From: Hydrogenophaga sp.
Lineage (GTDB): Bacteria; Pseudomonadota; Gammaproteobacteria; Burkholderiales; Burkholderiaceae_C
Assembly (NCBI GenBank): GCA_020048405.1
Contig: JAIFMP010000021.1
Coordinates: forward strand, 13,077 to 77,076
Reading direction: 5' to 3'
DNA: 64,000 nucleotides
Shown here: one piece after another, positions 17,267 through 26,303 of the stretch
Layout: each line of letters opens with the position of its first letter
Numbering within the stretch: the stretch's first letter is position 1
The notes under the pieces: generated by a model
Told to the model about the DNA's origin: nothing
What the model saw: only the letters and a program-made list of their open reading frames with translations
Databases searched by the model: none
Program-made: the position numbers and the translations under genes

Positions 17267-18193
17267 TCAGATGCGTCCGTATTCTTGGTATCGATTGCCG
17301 GAAAAGGCGCTGAGTTTGCCCAGGTTGGCCTGCGCGCGGATCACCCAATGGGCCGCGTGGTGGCGGCCTGCGGGCAAGGTGACAACGGCCATGATCAGCG
17401 CGGCCACCAACTTGCCCACAGCATTGAGTGCGAGCGCCAGGCGCTGACCAGGCCCCATGGGGCCATAGTTGCCGCTCAAGGCTTTGCGGGCAAATTCCTG
17501 CCCACCGCTGTAGGCCCGTTGGCGGAGCCACTCAAACGACAGGCGAGCAGGCTCAACGGGTTCCGTTACGCAGCCTTCGTCGCACCAGATGACCTTGGCC
17601 CCTTTGGCCATCAGGCGCAGCAGCATGTCGCCGTCTTCTCCGGTGGACAGTCTGAATCGGGGGTCGAACGGGCCAGGCTCTGCCCGCACGGTGCTGCCGC
17701 GCAGCAGCACGTTGCCAAATCTGAGTTGGTTCAATGGCACCTCTGTGCCCGTGGGCAGTCGGGGGAAGCTGTAAAAGTCGCCGCGGGCAATCCAAGCCGG
17801 GGCATCGGGCGGCAGTTGCGGAATGACGGGGCCCAGCACGCCATCGGCCCCATGGGCCACGGTGGACTGGTACAGCGTGTGCAGCCAGTCGGGGGGGGCG
17901 CGCTCGTCGTCGTCTATGAACGCGAGCCAATCGCCGTGGGCCAGGGCCACGGTTACGTTGCGTGTGAGGCTGATGTTGCGTTCCAGTTGGGTGTCGTACA
18001 CCAGCTCAAAGGCATCTGGGTGTTGGGCGCGGAACCCGGACACGTTGGCCTCGGCCGTCCGCCCAGCGTCGTTGTCTACCACCACCACCTGAACAGCAGG
18101 CAGGGTTTGGGCATGGAGGTCGGCCAGCACCAATGCCAAGCGCTCCGGGCGACGGTAGGTGGCGATGCACACGCTGATGCGAGGGTGGGTCAT
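17267..18193 (-). CDS. family 2 glycosyltransferase
   Basis: Start at MTHPRISVCIATYRRPE (CAT 18191-18193), overlapping the upstream stop. GT-A motifs VVVVDND and the DDD of FIDDDE. Confidence 0.8.
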   Translation of the reverse strand: MTHPRISVCIATYRRPERLALVLADLHAQTLPAVQVVVVDNDAGRTAEANVSGFRAQHPDAFELVYDTQLERNISLTRNVTVALAHGDWLAFIDDDERAPPDWLHTLYQSTVAHGADGVLGPVIPQLPPDAPAWIARGDFYSFPRLPTGTEVPLNQLRFGNVLLRGSTVRAEPGPFDPRFRLSTGEDGDMLLRLMAKGAKVIWCDEGCVTEPVEPARLSFEWLRQRAYSGGQEFARKALSGNYGPMGPGQRLALALNAVGKLVAALIMAVVTLPAGRHHAAHWVIRAQANLGKLSAFSGNRYQEYGRI

Positions 18194-19179
18194 GGGGTGT
18201 GAGGTGTTGAGGCAGTTTGCGCCAGGTCCAGTGCATGGTGCTTGGGTTGCCAACCCAGCAACTGCCGGGCGAGCTGGCTGTCGTAATGCACCCGGGTGAA
18301 GCGGGCGGCCAACCAACACGGGCGTAACAGCCCGGGGGCCTTGCGCCCCAGTATGGGTGACGCCATGTGTGCCAAAAGTCGGTGTAGCCACCAGGGCAGT
18401 CGCACCAAGCGGATGTATGGGTGGCTGCGGTGCAACGCCGCGAGCAGGACAGGGGCAGACGGCGCGGGCTGCTCTACCAAATTGAAGTTTTGACCGTTCA
18501 GCTCTGGCCCGGCGGCCAGTGCGAGCACGATGGCACTGGCCACGTCTTTCACATGGACCATGGGCACTTCACAATCGGTCGTCAGGGGCCCTATGACCAG
18601 CCAGACGTGCCTCCCCAGTGGTTTGCCCAAGGCGAATGTCCAAAGCGAGCGCTCGGTGTAAAAAATGCCCGGCCGCAACGTGATGGCCACCGCTCCCGGC
18701 GTGTGCGCAAACTGGGCAAACAGGTGATCTTGTGCCAGCTTGCACCGGGCGTACACGTCGCGCATTGCCGGTTGGGTTTCAAGCGGCGTGCTCTCGTTGA
18801 ACGCGCCACCCAACGGCACGGCGTCGTGGTTGTAGACGGACAGTGACCCGATTCCCACCAGCCGCCGCACTCCGGCTGAGGCCATGGCGGTCAGCAAGGC
18901 GCGGCTGCCCTCCACGGTGACGGCGTGTTGACTGACTTCGTCTCCAGTGAGCGCAGCCGCCGCATGGACCACCGCATCGCAGCCTTGCAGTGCTTGTGTC
19001 AGGCCCTGGATATCCAGCGGTGCGACGGTAATGGTGTGGGCCAATTGCTGGTTTGGCGGCAATGAAAACCGCCCCTTGTCTGGCCTGACGAATACTCGCA
19101 CCTGATGACCGGCGGCCAGCAAGGCATCGATGGCATGGCTGCCCAATTGACCGGTGCCACCGGTGAGCGCAACGATCAT
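18190..19179 (-). CDS. NAD-dependent epimerase/dehydratase family protein
   Basis: 329 aa with the N-terminal motif MIVALTGGTGQLGSH and a YARCK (YxxxK) catalytic motif. Confidence 0.8.
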   Translation of the reverse strand: MIVALTGGTGQLGSHAIDALLAAGHQVRVFVRPDKGRFSLPPNQQLAHTITVAPLDIQGLTQALQGCDAVVHAAAALTGDEVSQHAVTVEGSRALLTAMASAGVRRLVGIGSLSVYNHDAVPLGGAFNESTPLETQPAMRDVYARCKLAQDHLFAQFAHTPGAVAITLRPGIFYTERSLWTFALGKPLGRHVWLVIGPLTTDCEVPMVHVKDVASAIVLALAAGPELNGQNFNLVEQPAPSAPVLLAALHRSHPYIRLVRLPWWLHRLLAHMASPILGRKAPGLLRPCWLAARFTRVHYDSQLARQLLGWQPKHHALDLAQTASTPHTP

Positions 19180-20333
19180 GGGGCAGCGGCCCAGTCTCGT
19201 TGCAACAAGGCCGCATCCAGGAGGAATTTGGCCGCCCAGTTGGGGTAGCTCAATGGAGCGTAGCGTCCATAGATGGGGAACGAACCTGCCACCCCACCTC
19301 GAACACCGGGGTGGCTGTCATGCGGTCGTGAACGTGCCATGACATACCGCAACGATCGAATGGCCGCGTCTTGGTACGCCGCATTTCCAGTGATTTGGTA
19401 TTGCTTGGCCCACACAATGGCCAATTGACATTGGCCTGTGAGGCACGAATAGGTGGCGGCTGGCACACCTTCGGGTGTGATTTGCCCGGGCACAAAACCA
19501 TCGGACGCCATCAGTGCCAGCGCGGCATCACTGCAGCGTCGAGCCGCATCTTCATAGACTGAGTCACCCAATAGCCAACCTGATTCTTGCAGACCGCAGA
19601 TGGCGCAGGAAATGTTGTGGGTGAAAGGAGCGTCGCCCACCATAAAAGCGTTGTTTTCAAAGAAACCGGAGGCGTGCTGATGGCTGACGGCCCAGTCCAA
19701 ATTGGCTCTTGCCACCCGTACCCATTCATCGCGAGGGTCAATTTGGTTCAATCGCAAAAGCGCCCTAGCCGAGCGGGTGTTGTAGACGCGAGGGGTGTTT
19801 TTGTGTTTGAACTGGGTCCATACCCCATCGGCATCGGCCACCTGTGCCAGCCAGCTTCCCGCACGACGGGCCGCATGCAAAAAAACGTCCTCGCGGGTGT
19901 TCTCCCAGGCTGCTACCAGCCCAAACAAGTCTTGTCCAGTATCGAAAACGATGCCTTCGTGTCCGTTTTTGGGATTGGAAAAGCTGCCGTCCGGGTTTTG
20001 TACTTTTGCAAGCCAACGTGCCATGTGGGTGGCGCGCTCGGTCAACTCCGGCCGCTTCATTACCCGTCCAGCGCGATAGAAAGTGGTCAGGATGTAGCCA
20101 GTGGTCTCTCGATAGGACGGCAGCCAGCCGCCCCGCAGGCTGAAACCATAGCTCACGCCATCGTCGTTGCCTTGGTCATGGGCGCGAAGCAACCAATCGA
20201 GCGTGGACTGCATGTGGGTGCTCAGGTCGGAAGAGCCCGCAACAGGCGTGAACACTTTGTCGCTGATCGCGATGCGTGAAAAAGTCAGTAGCGGAAAGGT
20301 ATCCATGGGCAAATGCAGGTGTGGCACAAACAA
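19176..20333 (-). CDS. hypothetical alpha/alpha-toroid-like protein (prenyltransferase/squalene-cyclase-repeat-like)
   Basis: 385 aa and helix-rich, with repeated aromatic/Gly-Asp motifs (NPDGSF, DADGVW, ASDGF). First gene of the minus-strand EPS sub-operon. The function is not assignable from sequence alone. Confidence 0.45.
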   Translation of the reverse strand: MFVPHLHLPMDTFPLLTFSRIAISDKVFTPVAGSSDLSTHMQSTLDWLLRAHDQGNDDGVSYGFSLRGGWLPSYRETTGYILTTFYRAGRVMKRPELTERATHMARWLAKVQNPDGSFSNPKNGHEGIVFDTGQDLFGLVAAWENTREDVFLHAARRAGSWLAQVADADGVWTQFKHKNTPRVYNTRSARALLRLNQIDPRDEWVRVARANLDWAVSHQHASGFFENNAFMVGDAPFTHNISCAICGLQESGWLLGDSVYEDAARRCSDAALALMASDGFVPGQITPEGVPAATYSCLTGQCQLAIVWAKQYQITGNAAYQDAAIRSLRYVMARSRPHDSHPGVRGGVAGSFPIYGRYAPLSYPNWAAKFLLDAALLQRDWAAAP

Positions 20334-20507
20334 GGTTGTCTACGCTGGCAGTCGGATTGCTGGCCCGAACGGCCTGTTTCGCTTTACCAAAGTTTTAACG
20401 TGGTTGGCAGCATAAACCACCCATGGAGTGTTTCCCTGGCGATAGACTTGCCCGGTGGGTTGACACCTCTGTTGGCTTCGCATTGACCGATTTTTGGCCT
20501 GCTATCC

Positions 20508-21257
20508 ATGCCTGAACCCATTCGAATATTCAACGGATTATTTTTGCCCGTGTCCCAGTCCGGATGTTCGGAACTGTTGTTTGCTGACATGGCAGCCGGA
20601 AAATCCGGGTGGCTCGCCACGGTGAATGTCTCCATTCTGATGACGATGCGAAGCAGCCCTGACCTGCAGCGGTTTGTGGACCGTGCAGCCTGGACGGTGG
20701 CCGATGGTCAGCCGCTTGTCTGGGCAAGCCGTTGGTTTGGTACTCCGTTGCCGGCTCGGGTCACAGGCGTAGATTTGGTGGAAGACATTTGCGCTCGTGC
20801 CGAGTCTGAAGGCTTGGGCGTGTATTTTCTCGGTGCTTCGCAGCCGGTGCTGGATGCCTTGGTGGCCACGTTGCAGGCCCGTTATCCCCGGCTGCGCATT
20901 GGGCACGCCAATGGGTATTTCTCGGCTGCAGACGCACCTCAGCGCGCCGCCGAAGTGGCTGCAAGTGGCGCTAGCGTATTGCTGGTTGGCATGGGCGTGC
21001 CTCGTCAAGAAGCATTCATCGAGCAGTACTGGTCACACTTGGGTGTGAAGGTGGCCATCGGGGTGGGGGGCAGCTTTGACGTTTTGGCCGGTCTTCGCAA
21101 ACGGGCCCCTTCGTGGGTTCAGGCGGTGGGAATGGAGTGGTTCTACCGCCTGGTGCAAGAGCCCGGTCGCCTTTGGCGGCGCTACTTGGTCACCAACACC
21201 CAGTTCGTGTTGCTGCTGCTGCGCGCCTTGATTGTTCCTCGTTATCGGAGCCGTTGA
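20508..21257 (+). CDS. WecB/TagA/CpsF family glycosyltransferase (N-acetylmannosaminyl-type transferase)
   Basis: 249 aa. Motifs DGQPLVWASR, TG.DL, YFLG, L.VGMG.P.QE.F and GVGGSFD....L.RAP.W....G.EW.YRL..EP.RLWRRY are typical of GT26. Confidence 0.85.
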   Translation: MPEPIRIFNGLFLPVSQSGCSELLFADMAAGKSGWLATVNVSILMTMRSSPDLQRFVDRAAWTVADGQPLVWASRWFGTPLPARVTGVDLVEDICARAESEGLGVYFLGASQPVLDALVATLQARYPRLRIGHANGYFSAADAPQRAAEVAASGASVLLVGMGVPRQEAFIEQYWSHLGVKVAIGVGGSFDVLAGLRKRAPSWVQAVGMEWFYRLVQEPGRLWRRYLVTNTQFVLLLLRALIVPRYRSR

Positions 21258-21285
21258 ATTGACTCTTCCATCGCAACATCGTCCC

Positions 21286-22413
21286 TTGCACCTCGCCGTC
21301 GTGTTGGGTACCCGGCCAGAAGCCGTGAAGATGGCTCCTGTGGTATTGGCCGCAGCCAAACACCCGCTGCGTTTCAAGGTGGATGTGGTCAGCACGGGCC
21401 AGCACAAGGAAATGCTGTCGTCCATGCTGGAATGGTTTGGGCTGCGCCCGACGGTGTCCCTGGACATCATGCGTGCCAATCAGGACCTCGCTCACATCAC
21501 CATGGCAAGTTTGTCTGGCATCAACGATTGGCTCAAAAGCGCGCAACCCGACTGGGTGCTGGTACAGGGCGACACCACGACCACCTTCGCTGGTGCATTG
21601 GCTGCGTTTTACAACAAGATACCTGTGGCACACGTCGAGGCAGGTCTGCGTACCCACGACCGGTACAGCCCTTACCCCGAAGAGGCCAACCGCGTAATGA
21701 CGGGGCATTTGGCCCATCTGCATTTCCCCCCCACCTTGGGCGCACGTGCCAATTTGTTGCGAGAAGGCATCGCTGACGCTGACATCACCGTGACCGGCAA
21801 CACAGGCATTGATGCGTTGTTGTGGACCAAGGCCAAGTTGGACGCTGCGGCCCCGGAACGGGTATCCACATCCGGTGTTGAGATGCTGGTGACCGCCCAC
21901 CGTCGAGAAAATCACGGCGAGCCCATGCGGCAGCTTTGCACCGCTGTGTTGCGGTTGCTTGACCGCTTTCCTGAACTGAGGGTGAATTTCCCGGTTCACC
22001 TGAGTCCCAAGGTGCGCGAGGTGGTCTTGCCTGCGTTGGGTGGACACCCCCGCATCCGCTTGACTGATCCCCTGGACTACGCTGCCTTCGTGGAAGCCAT
22101 GGCGGGTGCCACTTTCATCTTGACCGACTCGGGCGGGGTGCAAGAGGAGGCACCCTCACTGGGCAAGCCCGTGCTGGTGTTGCGCGAAAGCACCGAGCGT
22201 CCGGAGGCCATGGAAGCGGGTGCTGCGCAATTGGTGGGGACCGACCCCGAGCGTATCGTGGCTGCAGTGACACGTTTGATAACCGATGCCGCTGCATTTC
22301 AACGTATGGCGCAGGTGGCCAACCCATATGGCGATGGCCAGGCAGCAGATCGCATTCTCGAGGTGTTGTTTGCGCGGCATCGACTGCCCCTACCTGAACT
22401 TTCGCGCGGCTGA
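21286..22413 (+). CDS. wecB: UDP-N-acetylglucosamine 2-epimerase (non-hydrolysing)
   Basis: VLGTRPEAVKMAPV, HVEAGLRT, PEE.NR, TGNTGIDAL and TDSGG.QEEAP.LGKPVLV.R..TERPE match WecB. The start is uncertain: TTG at 21286 gives a canonical N-terminus, while the track uses TTG at 21232. Confidence 0.9.
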   Translation: MHLAVVLGTRPEAVKMAPVVLAAAKHPLRFKVDVVSTGQHKEMLSSMLEWFGLRPTVSLDIMRANQDLAHITMASLSGINDWLKSAQPDWVLVQGDTTTTFAGALAAFYNKIPVAHVEAGLRTHDRYSPYPEEANRVMTGHLAHLHFPPTLGARANLLREGIADADITVTGNTGIDALLWTKAKLDAAAPERVSTSGVEMLVTAHRRENHGEPMRQLCTAVLRLLDRFPELRVNFPVHLSPKVREVVLPALGGHPRIRLTDPLDYAAFVEAMAGATFILTDSGGVQEEAPSLGKPVLVLRESTERPEAMEAGAAQLVGTDPERIVAAVTRLITDAAAFQRMAQVANPYGDGQAADRILEVLFARHRLPLPELSRG

Positions 22414-22425
22414 GTCGAGCCTCTC

Positions 22426-23697
22426 ATGATCAAGCGGTCATTGGCATCCATCCTGGATCAGGCCTTGCTGAGCGGTTTGAACTTCTCGGTGGGTGTGTAC
22501 CTGATTGCGGTGGTGCCCAAAGAAGCCTATGGCCTCTATGTTCAGTTGTTCGCGGTGGGCGTGTTGTTTTCTGGTGTGCTGGACACGCTGATTGCCAACG
22601 CCTTGGCAAACCTCAGTGCGCGGCATACACCGTCGGCCATGGTTCCACGGCTTGCGATGGCGCAGACGCTTGCACGTTCGGTGGCCCTTCTGTTGGCGGT
22701 GTTTGGTGGGTGTCTTGCCCTGGGGCTGCAGTGGGAAGCCACGGTGGGTGCCAACCTCTGGCTGGTGTCTTTGGTTTTTGTGGTGTATGCCGGAGCGCTG
22801 GTGTTTCGAGATTTCAAGCGTGTATCGCTTTATCTGGAGCAGCGTGCCGTCGATGTGCTAAAGCTCGATGGCTTGTATGTGGGTCTGGCATTGTTTGGCG
22901 GGGGGGCTCTTCACCTGGCACAACAGGTTTCGTTGGTGTCCGTGCTTGGTGTGCTTGCGCTGGCCAACGCATGTTCGGTTTGGTTGACTGCGAAGGCGGT
23001 CGTGGGTGGGCCACTTCACTGGTCCGCATTAAAGGCGGCTTGGTCTGAATGTTGGGCAATTACGCACTGGGCGTTGCCCGGCTTGGCGTTGGGCTGGTTA
23101 GCCAATAGCCTATATCTGTATCTGGCGGGTTTTCAGCTGGGGCTCGAAGCCACCGCCGAATTGAACGCTTCCCGGCTGCTGTTGATGCCCGTCAGCCTGT
23201 TGACCGTTGCCTGGCAACAAATGGCTCGTAGTGATGTGGCCAACCTCATCATGCAGGGCAGTGCTCCAGCTTTTGGGCCTTATTTGCGTAAATCGGCACT
23301 GATCATTCTGATTCCGATGTTGGTGTATCTGGGATTGCTGTACGTTGCATTTGAGCCCATTTCAAACGTGGTTTCGGCGGACAAGTACGTTCACTTTGGC
23401 GATTTGCTGGTCTTTTGGGTGGCATACCTAGTGATTTATGCCTTCAAGTTTGTGGGCACTGTCTTGATGGTGGGGTTCGGGGATTTTCTGGCCCTTCTCA
23501 AGATGAACATGGTGTCAATCACGCTTCAAATTTCATTGCTTCTGGTGTTGCCGACCTATTGGGGCATTGAAGCGGTGGTCTTGTGCCTGATCACCTCGGA
23601 GTTGTGGGAGGCCGCTGTGATTTGGGGGCGCCTTTTGCCTGCCCGATTGCGCGCGTTGACACCTGCTGTTTCATTGTCGCCAGGGGTAGGCCTGTGA
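22426..23697 (+). CDS. wzx: polysaccharide flippase-like membrane protein (Wzx/MOP-type)
   Basis: 423 aa with about 12 predicted hydrophobic segments. Noticeably more AT-rich than the flanks. Located between wecB and the wzy-like gene. Confidence 0.6.
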   Translation: MIKRSLASILDQALLSGLNFSVGVYLIAVVPKEAYGLYVQLFAVGVLFSGVLDTLIANALANLSARHTPSAMVPRLAMAQTLARSVALLLAVFGGCLALGLQWEATVGANLWLVSLVFVVYAGALVFRDFKRVSLYLEQRAVDVLKLDGLYVGLALFGGGALHLAQQVSLVSVLGVLALANACSVWLTAKAVVGGPLHWSALKAAWSECWAITHWALPGLALGWLANSLYLYLAGFQLGLEATAELNASRLLLMPVSLLTVAWQQMARSDVANLIMQGSAPAFGPYLRKSALIILIPMLVYLGLLYVAFEPISNVVSADKYVHFGDLLVFWVAYLVIYAFKFVGTVLMVGFGDFLALLKMNMVSITLQISLLLVLPTYWGIEAVVLCLITSELWEAAVIWGRLLPARLRALTPAVSLSPGVGL

Positions 23698-25067
23698 GTG
23701 GGCATGGTCATCGAATATCTGCCGGTGAGCTTGCTTTGGACCAGGGGTCGGATGGGCGATCACAGACATTCACGGTTACTTTGGCCGATGTGCTGCTCTG
23801 GGTGGCTGTGTTGTTTGCGGTGCTGCCCACAAGTCTGTCGTGGGACTTTGAAATCACCCAGGATATGGCCGGAGGTTCTTGGGTGCGAAAACTGCAGTGG
23901 ACATCGCTGTTTGCACTGGCGGCTTACCTGGCCTTTAAGGCGCGTTTCAAGCACATGCCTGCATTTGTCTGGGGCAATATGTGTTTGTGGGGCCTGTGGG
24001 GTTTGTCTGCCCTATCCATTATGTGGAGCCCAGCACCCGCCAACTCATTGCGCCAGGTGGTGCAATTCGCAGGCGTCATACTGATTTGTTACACCATCGG
24101 CATCTACACGCTACAAAACCCCCACCGGGCTGTTGTGTCTTGCTACTACCTGTTGTTGGGGGTATTGGCTGCCTCGGTTTTGATAGTGGTGGTGAACCCC
24201 ACTCAGGGCAAAGAAAGTGTGGTGGGTATCGCAGGCTCGTGGCGAGGCATTCTGGAGCAAAAGAACTCGCTGGGTATTGCTGCCGGTGTGTCTCTGTTGC
24301 TTTGGGTGTATGTGCACACCTCAGAAGCTCGTCGACTTTCCTCGGCATTGGTCTCTTTGTTTCTCATCGTGTTGTGCTTGCTGGGGTCACGAAGTTCCAG
24401 CAGTCTGTTTTTCGGACTGGTTTCGACGGCCTTTTATGCCGCTTTGTACAAGGAGCATGTTCGAGCACCCACCCTGTTTGTGCGCGTGGTGTTAGGTTTG
24501 GCGGTTGTGCTTGTGGTAGCCAATCTTCTGTTCTTTTTCTATGCCGACCGATGGCTGGGCCTTGAGGACATTGCAGCGCCTTTTTCTGGGTTGTTCGGCA
24601 AATCAGCTGATCTGACGGGGCGTGCCGATATTTGGCTCCTGATGTGGCAGTCCATCGCACAGCATTGGTGGTTCGGTGCTGGATTTTCGTCTTTTTGGTT
24701 AGGGCCTGGCGGTCCCTCGCAGTTCATTTCAGACGCGTTGCGATGGTTGGTGCCAAGCGCTCACAATGGCTACTTGGAAGTACTCAATGAGTTGGGACTT
24801 GTCGGTCTGACGCTCTTTGTTGGCATGATCGCGTTGCATGTGCGCAATGTGGTGCGTATGTTTCCTTTCCAGCGCCAGCTAGGGGCCTTGCACGCAGCGT
24901 TATTGTTGATTTTTTTGATTTCCAATTTTTCTGAGAGCACGGCTTTGAGGGTTACTTCCTTTCTTCAATTTTTGTTTTTCTTGTCCATGATGTTGGCCCA
25001 ATCAGCCGTCGTGGGACAAGAGACTTCACCCCATGTGGGGACCTGGGAAGCTGCTAAACCATGTTGA
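23694..25067 (+). CDS. O-antigen ligase/polymerase family membrane protein (Wzy-like)
   Basis: Polytopic, with the Wzy_C-type loop motif (SAHNGYLEVLNELGLVGL). I chose the GTG at 23694, which overlaps the wzx stop. The track start at 23583 lies inside wzx. Confidence 0.7.
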   Translation: MSGHGHRISAGELALDQGSDGRSQTFTVTLADVLLWVAVLFAVLPTSLSWDFEITQDMAGGSWVRKLQWTSLFALAAYLAFKARFKHMPAFVWGNMCLWGLWGLSALSIMWSPAPANSLRQVVQFAGVILICYTIGIYTLQNPHRAVVSCYYLLLGVLAASVLIVVVNPTQGKESVVGIAGSWRGILEQKNSLGIAAGVSLLLWVYVHTSEARRLSSALVSLFLIVLCLLGSRSSSSLFFGLVSTAFYAALYKEHVRAPTLFVRVVLGLAVVLVVANLLFFFYADRWLGLEDIAAPFSGLFGKSADLTGRADIWLLMWQSIAQHWWFGAGFSSFWLGPGGPSQFISDALRWLVPSAHNGYLEVLNELGLVGLTLFVGMIALHVRNVVRMFPFQRQLGALHAALLLIFLISNFSESTALRVTSFLQFLFFLSMMLAQSAVVGQETSPHVGTWEAAKPC

Positions 25068-26260
25068 CATGGCAATTGGGAATGGTCATTCTGCTGGCGC
25101 TGGCCAGCATGCCGACCTTGGTTTTTGTGCTTCAAATTTTCTCTGCACGGCTGCAGGGCAAGGATTTCGTCGCTGGCTTGTCGCCGTGTCCGACCAGCCC
25201 CTGTAGATGGGTTGTATTGGTACCTGCGCACAACGAAGAGGCGGTGGTGTCCGCGACGTTGCAACCGCTGCTGCAAGTTGCACCTGCGTTGCGGTGCCGC
25301 GTGGTGGTGGTCGCCGACAACTGTGACGACGGTACAGCTGCGTTGTGCCGGCAACTGGGCGCCGAGGTGATAGAGCGCCGCTCCGATACGGATCGTGGCA
25401 AGGGCTACGCCCTGCAATTTGGAATGGATTATCTCGCCGCCCATGACCCACCCGATGTGGTGGTGGTGCTGGACGCTGACTGCACCGCGTCGTCCGAGGG
25501 GTTGCAGACACTGGCACGCGCCAGTTTCGAATTGGGTTTGCCGCATCAAAGCGCATACCTCATGCACGCCCGCCCGGGTGCTTCAGTCGCCGCAAAGGTG
25601 TCCGAATTTGCATGGGTGGTCAAAACGCTGGTTCGGCCTCTGGGGTGGGGGCGATTAGCAGGTCAGGGCCAATTGCTGGGCTCTGGCATGGCGTTTCCTT
25701 GGGCTGTGATCAGCCGATTCAATTTGGCCAGTGGGCACTTGGTAGAAGATCTGAAACTGACAGCCGACTTCGCCAAAACGGGCATTCGGGTGCGGTTTTT
25801 TCCTTCGGTGCGAGTGGACAGTTGTTTCCCTACTGCGTCCGCATCGCGTACGGTACAAAGCAAGCGGTGGGAGCATGGGCATTTGGGCATGATCGTTTCT
25901 GAGGTGCCGGCCCTGCTGTGGAATGCGGTGCGCAGCCGCAACGCGCCCGCGTTGGTGTTGGCGTTGGATCTGATGGTTCCGCCACTCAGTTTGCTGGTGT
26001 TGTGGGTGTGCCTGATGGCCCTCGTGGAAGGCGTATGGGCGTTTTTCAGCAGCGATGCGTTTTGGTTTGCGGAATGGGCTGCGGTTTTGTTTCTAATGAT
26101 CGCAGCGGCGGTGGGCAGGGCTTGGTCGGGGTGGGGCAGAGACATTCTCACTCCCAGAGAGTTGCTGCAAATCCCACGTTTTGTCCTGACCAAGCTTGGG
26201 ATCTACCGCGGATTTTTGGTCAAGCGAGAGAAAAACTGGAACCGCTCCGATCGGGATTGA
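25061..26260 (+). CDS. membrane-embedded family 2 glycosyltransferase, synthase-like (QxxRW)
   Basis: 399 aa. N-terminal TM, then the GT-A core (VLVPAHNEE, VVADNCDDGT, VVVLDADC, LVEDLKLT), a QSKRW motif (25856-25870), and C-terminal TM helices. Confidence 0.8.
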   Translation: MLTWQLGMVILLALASMPTLVFVLQIFSARLQGKDFVAGLSPCPTSPCRWVVLVPAHNEEAVVSATLQPLLQVAPALRCRVVVVADNCDDGTAALCRQLGAEVIERRSDTDRGKGYALQFGMDYLAAHDPPDVVVVLDADCTASSEGLQTLARASFELGLPHQSAYLMHARPGASVAAKVSEFAWVVKTLVRPLGWGRLAGQGQLLGSGMAFPWAVISRFNLASGHLVEDLKLTADFAKTGIRVRFFPSVRVDSCFPTASASRTVQSKRWEHGHLGMIVSEVPALLWNAVRSRNAPALVLALDLMVPPLSLLVLWVCLMALVEGVWAFFSSDAFWFAEWAAVLFLMIAAAVGRAWSGWGRDILTPRELLQIPRFVLTKLGIYRGFLVKREKNWNRSDRD

Positions 26261-26303
26261 TTCCCACCGGACGGCCAAGACCATCCATTTGGGCGACTCC
26301 GCG

